Source: Alloascoidea hylecoeti (lineage: Eukaryota). Taken from it: 64,000 nucleotides of DNA. Below the pieces are notes generated by a model. That model searched no databases. It had not been told where the DNA came from and saw nothing but the letters and a program-made list of their open reading frames with translations. The stretch is from NCBI GenBank assembly GCA_001600815.1, contig BCKZ01000010.1, positions 141,527 to 205,526 of the forward strand. The letters are read 5' to 3'. Position numbers and translations under genes: made by a program. Below are positions 1 through 11,873 of this stretch, in pieces. Numbering within the stretch: position 1 is the stretch's first letter; every line of letters begins with the position of its first letter.

Positions 1-296
1 GCAACCTACAATATTACTCTTGATGGTTTATTGATTAAATGAAATTGCCATACTTGTATAGATTATATATACAATGTTAATATATATGTGAGTTTTATTA
101 AACGTATGATGTTGTAAATGGATATCAATATATCATAACAATAATTACATAAATATAAGATAGTGTATGTTGGAAATGCAAACCCCCTTGGATCAAATAA
201 TATTAACATTAAAAAGTTATATATATAGATTAATGGTACAGATATAACTCCTGATTAGAGATGTTTTGTTTTGTTTGATTTCTAAAAGAAACCGAT

Positions 297-794
297 TTAC
301 TCTTCTGGAACATCAATATCACCATTGTTGATAGCATCGATTATATCATGTGGATTTTTACCATCTACACGACATCCAACAGATTGTGCAGTTCCCAAAA
401 TTTCCTTAGTAACACCGGCTAATGATTTAGCAAATGACTTATCCTTCATTTGACGTGCAATGTCAAAGATTTCTTCCAAAGGAATATTTCCACTGTGTTT
501 GATATTTTTCTCCTTCTTCTTATCTCTTGGAGGTTCCTTCAAAGCAGTAATAACTAACGATGAGGCTGATGGAACAACAGAAACCTTAGCCTGACGATTT
601 TGAATAGTGAGTTGTACTGTGACTTTAATTCCCTTGAATTTTGTTGTAGCTTTGGCAATATCTTCACCAACTTTCTTTGGTGATAAACCAAGAGGACCAA
701 TCTTTGGGGCAAGTGCTGATGAGGCACCGACTTCACCACCTGTGGCTCTTAGATAAATAATTTTAACCTCACTTGGATCGAATTTTGGTGGCAT
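297..794 (-). CDS. RPL12: 60S ribosomal protein L12 (uL11), 165 aa
   Basis: The protein starts [48 protein letters not shown]. The true ATG is at 794; the ORF-track extension to 839 uses a non-ATG start. Confidence 0.97.
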   Translation of the reverse strand: MPPKFDPSEVKIIYLRATGGEVGASSALAPKIGPLGLSPKKVGEDIAKATTKFKGIKVTVQLTIQNRQAKVSVVPSASSLVITALKEPPRDKKKEKNIKHSGNIPLEEIFDIARQMKDKSFAKSLAGVTKEILGTAQSVGCRVDGKNPHDIIDAINNGDIDVPEE

Positions 795-917
795 TTTTGA
801 ATAATTGTTCTTTAGAGCGATGCTGATCAAGAAATTCAACTAACAATAATTGTTTGTCACTACCCGTGGTCCCACATTTACTTAAGGAATTCCAGCTTTA
901 CGCAGCTTAATATTGTT

Positions 918-973
918 TGTGACTGTTCCCAAAATGGGTACAGCCCTATGTGTGTTTTGTATTTTAGCACGTG
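918..973. promoter_or_regulatory. Ribosomal-protein promoter motifs in the divergent RPL12/KRE9 promoter
   Basis: TGTGACTG (Homol-D box) at 918-925, a Tbf1-like TAGGGCTGTACCC on the minus strand at 936-948, and CACGTG (Cbf1-type, GTCACGTG on the minus strand) at 968-973. Confidence 0.55.
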
Positions 974-1052
974 ACTCAATTGACGGTAGATTTAAAATTT
1001 GAGGTGGCTTTAACAATTTGAAAAGAACTTCGAACCTTAATCATAGCTAAGA

Positions 1053-1835
1053 ATGAAGCGAATCTTTTTGGCACTTCTTTTTTTGATATCTTATGTTTTG
1101 GCCGATGTGTCCATCACCTCTCCCACAGCTGGAGCAACGTATACGGCTGGAGCTTCTGTTACCGTAAAGTGGAAAGACGATGATAGTACTTATTCTTTTG
1201 ATGATGCATCCACCGTATCCATTGTATTGATAACAGGAACGGATTCAGATATGACAGCAGTATCAACACTTTTACCCACTACCGATGCCTCTTCATATAC
1301 GTCCAGTATGAAGTACACTTTTACTGTTGATGCTACCGTTGGCTCTTCTGGCTTGTATTTTCTTCAAATCTACACCGTCTATGATTCTGCGACTACTATG
1401 CAATATTCTCCGAGATTTTACCTCAAGGGCATGACAGGTACATCAGTTACTGCCACGGGAGATGTTGATGATACGCCTGCTGCTGTGACCTCTGCCGATG
1501 CTACGACCATCAATTCGGCCTCGTTCTCCGTTACTTATACTGCACAAACGGGGAAAACTCGGTATGCCCCTATGCAAAAGCAGCCAGGTACCACAGTCAC
1601 TGCAACCACTTGGACAAGAAGATTTGCTACCAGCGCAGTGACTTATTATTCAACCATTTCACCTAATCCGGTCGTTATATCTACAGTCACTCCTGGTTGG
1701 TCTTATTCAGTTACTTCTGATGTTAATTGGGCAACCCCTGCTTCTAACCCAAGTACTTGGTATGCTGCCTCAGAAAGGATCACCCAAAAGCCATCATTAA
1801 AATCAAAGAAGAAGAGAAGATGGATTGATATCTAA
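1053..1835 (+). CDS. KRE9: Kre9/Knh1 beta-1,6-glucan synthesis protein
   Basis: Signal peptide, Ser/Thr-rich body, and conserved C-terminal YTAQTGKTRYAPMQKQPGTTVTATTWTRRFATSAVTYYST and TVTPGWSY...NWATPA, ending KKKRRW. Confidence 0.92.
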   Translation: MKRIFLALLFLISYVLADVSITSPTAGATYTAGASVTVKWKDDDSTYSFDDASTVSIVLITGTDSDMTAVSTLLPTTDASSYTSSMKYTFTVDATVGSSGLYFLQIYTVYDSATTMQYSPRFYLKGMTGTSVTATGDVDDTPAAVTSADATTINSASFSVTYTAQTGKTRYAPMQKQPGTTVTATTWTRRFATSAVTYYSTISPNPVVISTVTPGWSYSVTSDVNWATPASNPSTWYAASERITQKPSLKSKKKRRWIDI

Positions 1836-4298
1836 ATGGTATACACTGATGCATTGATTTTATGAAAAAAGCTTTAATATATAAAAGTATAACTTTTTAA
1901 CCCCAAGTATGGATTTGGAGGCCAATATTTTGATGTTAATCAACTAATTTCTAGTCTCATTTATAAATTGACCATGAAATGAAATTGGGATGATTCCAGG
2001 ATTAAGAAAATTATTTTGAGATTTATTGTTGACTATGCTTTTCTCTCATACTTTAAATAATTAAATGATAATCTATATATATGAAATATAAAGAAATTAA
2101 AAAATATAGTTATAATGGTATACGATTCATTTTAAGTTGTATAATTAGCTAAATCCGTATTAAGATTTTACTGTACGACTTATATTTAAAATTTTAGACT
2201 TACTTTAGCTTGCAATTGGAATCACTAATTGTTTTCTAGATCGATCCCCATATAGTTATTGAGTGAAGTTACACATGGATAATTTCTAATAGTGTTTCTT
2301 AAAAAATTTGGGATCTTTAATAAATACTTTGAAATTTGATATATCATAGTTCAATTCGAGTTCATTCCATAATTGGTGAAGTCCATAAATCATCTGGAAT
2401 AATTTCATTGTGAAGTCAGGAGCAAGTGGAAGTTCAAATGATAAATGAAATTGAAAGCGATTCGTTCAATATATCACAAAATAGGGAATTTATAAATTGA
2501 ACAGTTAACATTAAAACAAAATTTTAGTCCAAATCAAATCGTATCAATGATCAAGGTAATTGCACCTTTTCCTGATCCAATATTATGTTGTTCGAGATTG
2601 ATAACAGGTCTTGCGGAGGTTATGTAACAATTTCAATTGTACCTCCAATTTCGAATATCATAATGACCACAGGGAGGTTATGTGGTATATTCATTGACGT
2701 TTATCTATAGCCCCAAATTAGCTAACATAGTGGAGAACCACAAACTACAGCGCTCACTACGTAATTGGACTTATATCATCATATTATAGGACCAACAGCA
2801 GTATTACTGATTCAGTTAAATCGGAGACAACCTATAACACATTTTTCTAAAAATTATTATACTCCAATAAGTATGGTTTTTATTTAAATGTCCCTATTAT
2901 TAAAAACAAAAGGAAGTTCTTCACCATATCCATATGCTCTAATAATACTAACACGAATTCTCGACAACTTGTATATTCAACTCATGATCACCGAGATGTA
3001 GAAATGCTGTAAATATGGCTGAAAGTTATGTTCATTATATATCTGTGATGGAAGTTATATATCTATCATTTGTTGTCTGTTTTTGTATTGTTTAATTAAT
3101 GTTATAACTTACAGCATATTTGAGAAGTCTTTGAAAATGGTGAATTATGCGAAGCTGCATATACCTATCTTTACTACGTATTCCACTTGGTGAGCGACAC
3201 CAAAGACTTCCAAAATCTATAAAAATAACTGCTAGATTCTTACGTGCCCCATTAAAGATGTTTATATTTTGTATAGACAATAAATAATTTTGTTAAATTT
3301 TCAAAAGTGTTTTAGTGCATATCTGTTGTTGTTGGTGAATACATATTGGTTTTCAGTGTTATTGGTATATGAATACCGATATAGCTCTTATTTAGTCTAA
3401 AAGAACACACTTCCTTAAGCTTGTGTTTTTTCTTCTAAAATTTAATTTATAGTATAAACTTTATATGGATCTTTTTAATGAAACCTGTTGAAACCCAGAT
3501 GTTTAAATCTGAGATATAATGGTGATACAATACTATATTTTTTAAATTATTTTCCACTTTAAATCTACCCCCATGTAGGTTCAACTTTGCAATCATTAAT
3601 TCTTCAGAACTTATTTTCTAGATAAGACTTATAGAAATCAGCACTGACACTTGAAATAACCAAAACTATCTTTAGATCTGAACTTATTTCACCTATACAA
3701 TCTCGGAAAAGGGTCAATTACTAACCTATATTTATTGCAAGATTCACGACATAAATGGTTTTGGATCATAAGATCTAGAATTATATATTCTCCAAAAATC
3801 CAGTATATGCATTTAAATACTCTCATTTTTCTATAGTTATACGTGTACTGGTATGAATAACTGATATAATTATCTGTACATGTTATTAATTAATTGTACC
3901 TGTGAACTGAGGATTACATTAATCATATGAAGTTAATTGAGGAAATGAAATTAAAGAACGTTAATAATCAACCAAACCAGATGTATGCCATTCACATTAT
4001 AACAACCCATTAACAATTACCCGAGTCTAAACTGGACTGAATAAAAAACATCAAATTAAAAAAATCAAGACATTTCAAAAGTCAAATTCGTTAGATATAC
4101 CTACATGTACGTAAGTTATATATATTAAGCACCATGATTATTTATAATCAAACATTAGTTATGAATATAATCAGGGATGCCCTATAAAAAAAGCAACAAC
4201 ATAAAGGTTAAAAATGGATATATATATATAGATATTAGTGTATGAATGTTCCTAATACTTGTAATAGAACAATTCCACATCACCAAATCAGTATTTTA

Positions 4299-6131
4299 TT
4301 ATCCTGAAAAGGCACTACTATCAGCGGTAAGTTCAAATGTGCTTAAATCATTAATTACCATTCCTGCAATAGCAGCAGACATCAACGTAGCTAGACAACC
4401 CGTAATCAAAGCACTTATGACTAAACTTGAAATAACTGACGATCTTTTGGGGGCTAGTTGACCTAATACACCAATTTGCGTACCAACACTACCAAAGTTA
4501 GCAAATCCACAAAGAGCATAAGTTGCTAGCATCGTAGCACGTTTTGACATTTGATTATATGGAGCTACTGTGACCAATGTATTAAAAGCATTATATTCGT
4601 TTTGAACAACCTTTATTGCAATAAGCCTTGATATGTGTAATAACTCATCTCTTGGTGCACCAAGGAAAAAAGCAACTGGGTAAAAAATATATCCAAAAAT
4701 TAATTGCAAACTTAAGTTACTAATATTCCAAAATCTACCAAACCAACCTAATAAACCATCAATCAATGCAACAAGGGCAATAATACACATCTGATTTGTC
4801 AAAATTGTTGCTGCAATGATAAGACCCATCCAAGCACCATTTGCGAACGCCTGTAAAACATTTTGAGCTTTATGTGATTCATCATCATTTTCTTCAGGTA
4901 TAATTACTTGACCAGAAGTCATCGATTCTTCCGTTTCTGGTACACGCATTTTAGAAACCGCTAATGAACATGGAATTGACATAACACAAGAGGAAACCAA
5001 TGCTTGAGGATTAAGTCCCATACCAATATAAGAAACCAACACAGAACCAGCTATTGTAGCAAACCCAGAACACATTACTTGATGAATCTCTGCTCTTGTT
5101 AAAAAAGGAATGAAATTCTTAATTAGAATAGCAGATTCACCTTGCCCAATAAATGGAGATGCTGCTGCTACAACAGCTTCAGCGCCAGAAACTCTCATTG
5201 TCCAGAAAAAGAAGTAAGCAAATTTCTTAACAGCCCATTGAATAACACCAAAGTAATACCAGATATAAATGAAAGCAATAAAAAATATAACAGCGGGTAA
5301 TACAGTGAAGAAAAACATTCCTAACTGAGAAACGGTTGAACTGGAGACAAAGGCAACACCATCTTTAGCAAACCCCAACAATTCCCTTGCTAGAGTTGAG
5401 ATGAAATTAAAAATATCATAGCCAGCTTTAGTTCTGAGAACAAATAAAGCAATAATAAACTGCATTAATTGCCCAACAATAACGGTATGCCATCGAATCC
5501 GACTTCTGTTTTGTGATGTTAAATAAAGGAACAGTAAGGCCAGAATTATTCCAACAAAAGAAATAGCCCGATCTCCTCTTTTAGAATCATTTGTTTCTTT
5601 TGGGACAAATGTTCCCAATAACATTACACCAATAGTTCCAAGGGCAGCACCTGGGAGTTTTAATTTTTCCGGAATGAATGATACAATGACAATAATTGTT
5701 CTATCCCAAATCCATTTAGCAACTCGAAGTACTAAAGCAGCTTTGAAATATAGAGTAATATATCTAACTAGGAGGAAAAGCCATAAAATAGTAGGAATTA
5801 ACCACTTGTGTCTATGCTTATCCTGGGCAACAATTGAAATCCACCATGCTGTGAAAAACCAAAACCAAAGGCCATGGACCAACCACATGTGTGATTTTAA
5901 GAAGTTTTTTAATCTTCGTACAGGTCCCATCTTAGGAAGAGCAGTATCCGAAACGTTATTTTTCTTTGATTCATCAGATCCTTCTGTAGCTATTGAAGTT
6001 TCATTATTGACATTTTTTCCCTTTTCGAATGTGGAGTCTTGACTTTCTATGTCTCCGTTAGTATTGTTGCTTATATTGTTGTTTGAATATGCATTCACTT
6101 CAGTTACTAAGTTGGGTGATGTTTCCGACAT
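4299..6131 (-). CDS. CNT: Concentrative H+/nucleoside symporter (CNT/SLC28 family)
   Basis: Multi-pass membrane protein with CNT motifs SGAEAVVAAASPFIGQGESA, MCSGFATIAGSVL, QNEYNAF and YALCGFANFGSVGTQIG. Confidence 0.93.
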   Translation of the reverse strand: MSETSPNLVTEVNAYSNNNISNNTNGDIESQDSTFEKGKNVNNETSIATEGSDESKKNNVSDTALPKMGPVRRLKNFLKSHMWLVHGLWFWFFTAWWISIVAQDKHRHKWLIPTILWLFLLVRYITLYFKAALVLRVAKWIWDRTIIVIVSFIPEKLKLPGAALGTIGVMLLGTFVPKETNDSKRGDRAISFVGIILALLFLYLTSQNRSRIRWHTVIVGQLMQFIIALFVLRTKAGYDIFNFISTLARELLGFAKDGVAFVSSSTVSQLGMFFFTVLPAVIFFIAFIYIWYYFGVIQWAVKKFAYFFFWTMRVSGAEAVVAAASPFIGQGESAILIKNFIPFLTRAEIHQVMCSGFATIAGSVLVSYIGMGLNPQALVSSCVMSIPCSLAVSKMRVPETEESMTSGQVIIPEENDDESHKAQNVLQAFANGAWMGLIIAATILTNQMCIIALVALIDGLLGWFGRFWNISNLSLQLIFGYIFYPVAFFLGAPRDELLHISRLIAIKVVQNEYNAFNTLVTVAPYNQMSKRATMLATYALCGFANFGSVGTQIGVLGQLAPKRSSVISSLVISALITGCLATLMSAAIAGMVINDLSTFELTADSSAFSG

Positions 6132-7643
6132 TAATATATCGACCTATAGGTACAGATACTATAATTGAAAAAGTGATCCTACAATATTGAAAAGATACGT
6201 CCAAACAGGAGATCAGAAGGCTGTTATATATGAAAAATTTAAAAAGGGAAGGCTATTAATTTTTTCAAAATTAAAATATGCATAAATCTTTACCCATATT
6301 TGGGTCGAGGATATTATTAACAGAACCTGCAGGATTTATAACCAATCGGAGGGAAATATTATATCCCTGCTTTTATCCCACATGGTATATTAAAAATATC
6401 CATTATTTTTGTTTGAATCATAATTTCGATGGACTATAATCATTGCTACTCTACACAGTTATATATCCAATTGCAATATACTACAATATACATGAGGTAA
6501 AACATAATTATAAGAATCAGTGTTCATCAGAAACAATTTACCGGTGTAATTGTTTAAATTTCATTTAAGATAAGATTCTCTCCTGACCAAAAGTCACACT
6601 TTGGCTTTTCGAAAATAAATGACAAGCATATGCACACGACGATGTTTTCGGAGCCGTGTGCAATTTGCCGAGGAGAAATATAAACTCATTTATCATATTA
6701 AAATATAATTATAATCTTTAATGCTTATATGAAGAGATAACAGGAATTATATAATATATAGCTAACTACATGGTTTTATATATCTAAATTGAATTTAGAC
6801 TTTTCAAATGATTCTTTTTAATTTCTCTCTTTTAGTAACAATTGCAATAATTAATCCCTATAATTATATATGTGCTATCGATATCAATGAACACAAAACT
6901 TTTAACAGCTAGAGAGTTTGAAATCAATGATTTAAATGAAAATGAAACTTTAACAAGTAAAGCCAAAAAAAAATATAACCCAATTTTGCTTCACACTAAT
7001 CACAGTAACTGAATTCGAAGGTTGCTGCTTATGACTTACATGCTTAAATTTGGAATGCAACCTTTAAATTTAGATTTGGCACCAGGGTTATTATCTAGAA
7101 CTCCGCATTTATAATTTATACATAATACATGAGCTTGTGATAAAAATGTAACTGAACATCAATTAATAATAACAGTGCTGAATCTGCTGAGATATCATTA
7201 ATTACAAGAGAACTTTTAAGCGCTATGTATCGGATTAATGTCGCACGCATAGCTGCAGGTTGCATCCGTATTACATAATCCTTTGATGAACATTAATAAT
7301 CCTAAGATTAAAAATCATCTCGATTTATTTATTTGCAATTGGCATAAAATAATTATACAGAATCTGGGTATACTCTGAATTAATTATATAACATTATAAC
7401 TTCTTATCTTTACCAACGGGTTGATTATCGTACGGCTTTTTCAATCATTAATATTGCAGCTGATAAGGTAAAAATAAATGGCCCAGGTTTCTTCCAAAGT
7501 TCCAATGCATTTATGTTAAGATTTTATACTATTATAAACAACGGTACTCTTGGAAGTCTTGGCTGGTATTAATTATAATACTGATATATTGATTGCAATA
7601 TTTACAATTAAAGAAACTCGCGCGAGATCGATGCAAATATGTA

Positions 7644-7796
7644 CAGTCGAGACCCTGATTATTGCCCGATTTGAAGACAGAACAATTAGACTAAATAGTA
7701 AATATACAATATATGAATGGTATACTTAATATTTATCTACGAAACATTTTGACTTCGATTCAACTATATATCAAACCAAAATTAGTGCCTCGACTG
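7644..7796. mobile_element. Putative non-autonomous Tc1/mariner-type MITE, 153 bp, with TA target-site duplication
   Basis: Reads TA|CAGTCGAGACCCTGATTATTGCCCGA ... TCAAACCAAAATTAGTGCCTCGACTG|TA. The terminal 8 bp are a perfect inverted repeat and 18 of 26 positions match. TA lies at 7642-7643 and 7797-7798. Confidence 0.55.
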
Positions 7797-8043
7797 TACA
7801 AAATCTTATATAAGGGTACAACTTTCCATTTTTCTAAACTACCTATTGGATATGCTATCGATTCGATATCTATTTCAATAAAAATTACAAATTTTAAGTT
7901 AACTAGCTTTTTCTGGGGTTATATGATCTACAACAGTTATTTTATTACCAGTACTTCAAAGTTACTTCATAATACATATACTTAGGTTAATTAAAGAAGA
8001 AGGTGGCCAAAAGGTGGACGAATATATATTAAGTTCAAAGAGC

Positions 8044-8069
8044 GGCCGAAATTAAGTGGAAACACTGTA
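8044..8069. repeat. Dispersed 26-bp repeat, copy 1; resembles a Tc1/mariner right terminus (CACTG-TA)
   Basis: GGCCGAAATTAAGTGGAAACACTGTA, 25/26 identical to 62193-62218. Confidence 0.6.
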
Positions 8070-9109
8070 TATCAGCTATCTACCGAAGTCTGCAACCGGT
8101 TTAATAACATATAACTTTCTCCGAGGAGTAATAGTGTTGAGATGTGTGTATATATACTGTTAAATAGATTATATATGTGTATGCAAAATTCTTAAACAGC
8201 AAAAAAAGAGAAAAAAACATAACTTTAAGATATTTTCATTTCTACCTGCTTTTTCTTGTTGCGTATAATGTTAGCGATTTTGTTTGGTATTTGAAATAAG
8301 CGCTCGAAGTAGTGCGCGTGCTATTCAAGAAATCGAATATAAAATCACATCCCGCAAGTTATCAGCAATTATTATAAAAATAGTGATGAGCTATATAAGT
8401 TATAGCCAACTGTGTCAATCACAGCAGAAACGAATACATAATACATTAGTAATATATAAATATTAATAAACTCAATTCCAAGATAATCTAAATTCATTAA
8501 CTTTATAAAGACTAAGGGAAGAGCAAGAAATCCATATTCTATCTACTCCAATTATAAATTCATATTCTTTATAATATAATGTAATCACTACTTCGCATTC
8601 TGCCTGTTGAGAATTTGTAGTCCTCCAATAGACTTCCCAGCACGGTTCCCAGAATATTAAGAAATTCCACTTTTTCTGATTTATTTCTGAAATTATATAC
8701 CCTATAAAGAGCCATAACATTGGCTGATCAACCTACATAGATTGGTGCTACTTGCTGATAGAATACTGCTTCTCATCAAAACAAAAAAAAAAGCTTTATA
8801 AGGTTACATGTAGATACAGGATTCCTCAAGGATTATAATTATAAGGGTATGGTAGAACGAAAGTTGGCCTAGATTAATGAATCCTCTTCTACAACTTCTC
8901 GTGATTGTCCAGTATAGGCAGTTGCAACGTGTATATTGTGATAATGATAATTGATAAGCTCAATTGGCGATTTTCTGACTGTGGTTATCTTGGAGGTTAT
9001 GAGGTTATATCGTAAACGGTCTGGAACTCCGTTATGTTGCTAAATCAATACAACACGTGATATGAACATTTTATACAAAACCACCTTCTTCATCTTTTTT
9101 CAACAGGGT

Positions 9110-9565
9110 ATGATGGATGAAAATGAGGCGAAAGCCCCAAATGGCCCCCTCCCCAGCATAGATTGGAATGCTCATAGAAGTAGTATCACGGGTGGAAAAT
9201 CAACTCAGAATCCGGATAAAGGTAATATGATTGTGGAAACTGAAACTGTTTCCGTGGTGCCTTCCCTTTCCGTGACCACACAACCAGAAGATGATGAACA
9301 GCAAACCTTTCTACCCCCTGTTCCAACCAACCCAGGCACTTCCAGCACTGTTCCACAAGTCAAAAGTATGAAATCTCGCAGTACACGTCCGTCACGGGTG
9401 GAGCTATTTGCGGCTAAAGTTGCTTCTGCAGTGAATGACGGATCAGACGAGGATGAGAAATTTGTCTACGAGGAACCACATACTACAAAATCGACCCGTA
9501 GCCCTTCGATTGTCTCCTCACAGTCACAACACGCTGCTACAAGTTCTAATATACCACAACCACAG

Positions 9566-9600
<35 letters not shown>

Positions 9601-11206
9601 ACAACCGCAACAACAGCAGTTACCTTTGTACTCCCGCAAGATTCGCAAAAAAGGTGTGAGCGACAATGAATCTCTCCAATCGCACTCCAGGCAGCAATCA
9701 AATGTCACACTGGATACGACAACAGACGATCAACATTTAATCAAAAACACCAATGGTTCGGAACAAAATAATAGGAAAATATCTTATAGACAGCCTGGAA
9801 GAGCTCCTACGCAAAATCTTTACTTCTACAAGGATCAGCCTCAGCATTCTAATAATGGCAATCTCAACAATATTATTTCTAATACTTCTAACAGTCATAA
9901 TGCACTACCGATCAACAGCCGTCCACTAAGAACAACGGCATCTAGATTTTTTGATCCTAGTGGTGCTCGACACCCACGTCGATACGTTACAATAACTGAT
10001 TCGGATTGTGACTATGATTATGACGTTGATGTTGATGATCTAGATGATTATGGGTATAGCGAAACAACACCACTACGACATGCTATATCCTCAAATGCAA
10101 TACGAAATGGGAAACCAAACACACGCCAAAGAGTTCATTCGATGAGTTATTTAAAGTCCAAGAAAAGAGGGAAATCTTCCAAGTTACCAGTTGTTTATTC
10201 ACCGAACCATCCTGTAGCTAATAATCATAATCACAACTATTTATACCATGGTCACCAACTACAGCAATCACCTACCCCGGTCCAATATATGACATCTTCT
10301 CCCCCAGATTTAAATTCTCCGTATTCTCCTTCTTACAACCCTATATCGCAGAAACCATCCTCAAGATATCATGTCATTCGTTTATTAATATATTTTCTCA
10401 TAACATCTATTCTTATTCTTTCCTTTGGGTTTGTCCTTGGATTTTTGTTAGCAACATCCAAAGAACTTCAACGATTAAAGGTGACTTCAATTTCCGACGT
10501 TTTGGTATCTGAGGATGAACTGGTTTTTGATATAGTCGTTGAAGCAGTAAATCCAGGATTTTTAAGCGTTACTATTGACGAAGGGGACATTGATGTTTTT
10601 GCAAAAACAAAATATCTTCATTCAGGAAAAGGATCTGATGATCTGGAATCTGTTCATACGACATCTCATTCAGAAGCACATTCATATATTTCATCCTCCG
10701 AGGCACATGCACTATCCGAACAACTAGTAGAGGAAACAATTCTCCTTGGACATATCACAAAATTCGACTTGCCTTTAAACTTTGAAGGAGGCTTTTTTAA
10801 TAAGAAACAATTGAAAAGCATTGGTGGTGTTAAGCTCGTACATCCTGGCTACAATACTACGACGCCTGGAGATGGAGATGGAGATAAAGATGATACTCCC
10901 GAAAAAGAACCTGATAAACCTGATAATGATGACGGAGGTGATAAAGATGAAAAAAATGGGGCCAATGGAGATTTGCCAAATGGGCATAAGGATGATGGGA
11001 CTCAAACACCTCATTTTCAATCGCCATATAGAATAACCCTTGCGAAAGATGATCCTGGTCATTTGAAATGGCTAAAACTATCACATCATCCTTTTGATTT
11101 AATAATTAGAGGTGTCCTAAAGTACAAATTGCCTTTATCCAGTGAGAAAAGGATAGCTAGTGTTTCTAAGCAGGTGCCTGTAGACACTGGTGAAGGTGAT
11201 GATTGA
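9110..11206 (+). CDS. VAC7: Vacuolar segregation protein Vac7 (PI(3,5)P2 regulator)
   Basis: Motifs RVELFAAKVASAV..SDEDEKFVYE, RPLRTTASRFFD and YSETTPLR; a single TM helix followed by DVLVSEDELVFDIVVEAVNP, ETILLGHI and HPFDLIIRGVLKYKLPL. The start is more likely 9110 than 9062. Confidence 0.9.
9563..9619 (+). repeat. CAG/CAA microsatellite encoding poly-Q in VAC7
   Basis: Mixed CAG/CAA run with one CCG interruption. Confidence 0.9.
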
Positions 11207-11873
11207 CTAGTATAATTAATAACAAACGGCTAAACCCTGGATATATGAAATTGCTAACGAAGTGGCTATAATTAATATTTTTTTTTTATTTTTATTTTTT
11301 TATTTTTTATTTTTTTATTTTTTCTTTCTATTTATTAAAATATAGCAATATACGGTACATATAGTAATAATAATAATAAATTAATTATAAATGGATTAAC
11401 ATTAATTTATTAAAAAAAACTGCGGATAAAAAGGAATAAAAATGATGATTGATGTTTGCTAATCAATTTATGTTTATGTTTTAAGTTTTAGCTATAATCA
11501 TTCAATATTCAATTGCAATAATAAATCTAAAAGAGGAGATGCTGTATATAATCAAACAATAAAAGCTTTAAATTTTAATTTAATTTGAATATTTATTAAT
11601 ACATACTGTAGGTATAACTGGTTATATTCGTAACATTACATATCATCATGATGGGTTGAAGAACTGCTTTAATCAATCGATTATATTAGTACACTTTCAA
11701 TATTTATTTACTCTACTATAATTACATGTTTCATTTCTAACTATATTGTAGTAGTGTAGTTGTTGAGTCTGAGTTTCATTTGGGTTTACCAGCTTCAAAT
11801 CTGAGTTAGTTAAAGTTGAAAATTCAATATTAATGCACAATTAACTATCCCATGTGTTGATGTATATTGAATA

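Noticed and set aside
1950..3300. Coding-like minus-strand patches (e.g. RFQFHLSFELPLAPDFTMKLFQMIYG...) and the 62-aa ORF at 3092-3280
   Set aside because: Many stops and no recognisable motif. It may be a very old relic but I cannot support a call.
6886..7640. Possible decayed membrane-transporter gene ending ...IAIFTIKETRARSM
   Set aside because: Only one short motif resembles a transporter C-terminus, and all frames are full of stops.
7713..7985. 90-aa ORF
   Set aside because: It starts inside the putative MITE, has AT-rich random-like composition and shows no motif.
8848..9106. Possible 5'-UTR intron of VAC7 (GTATGG...CAACAG before ATG 9110)
   Set aside because: Weak donor, no good branch point near the acceptor, and much longer than the 61-83 nt introns seen elsewhere.
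9466..9708. Poly-Cys ORF on the minus strand
   Set aside because: It is the antisense shadow of the VAC7 CAG/CAA repeat.
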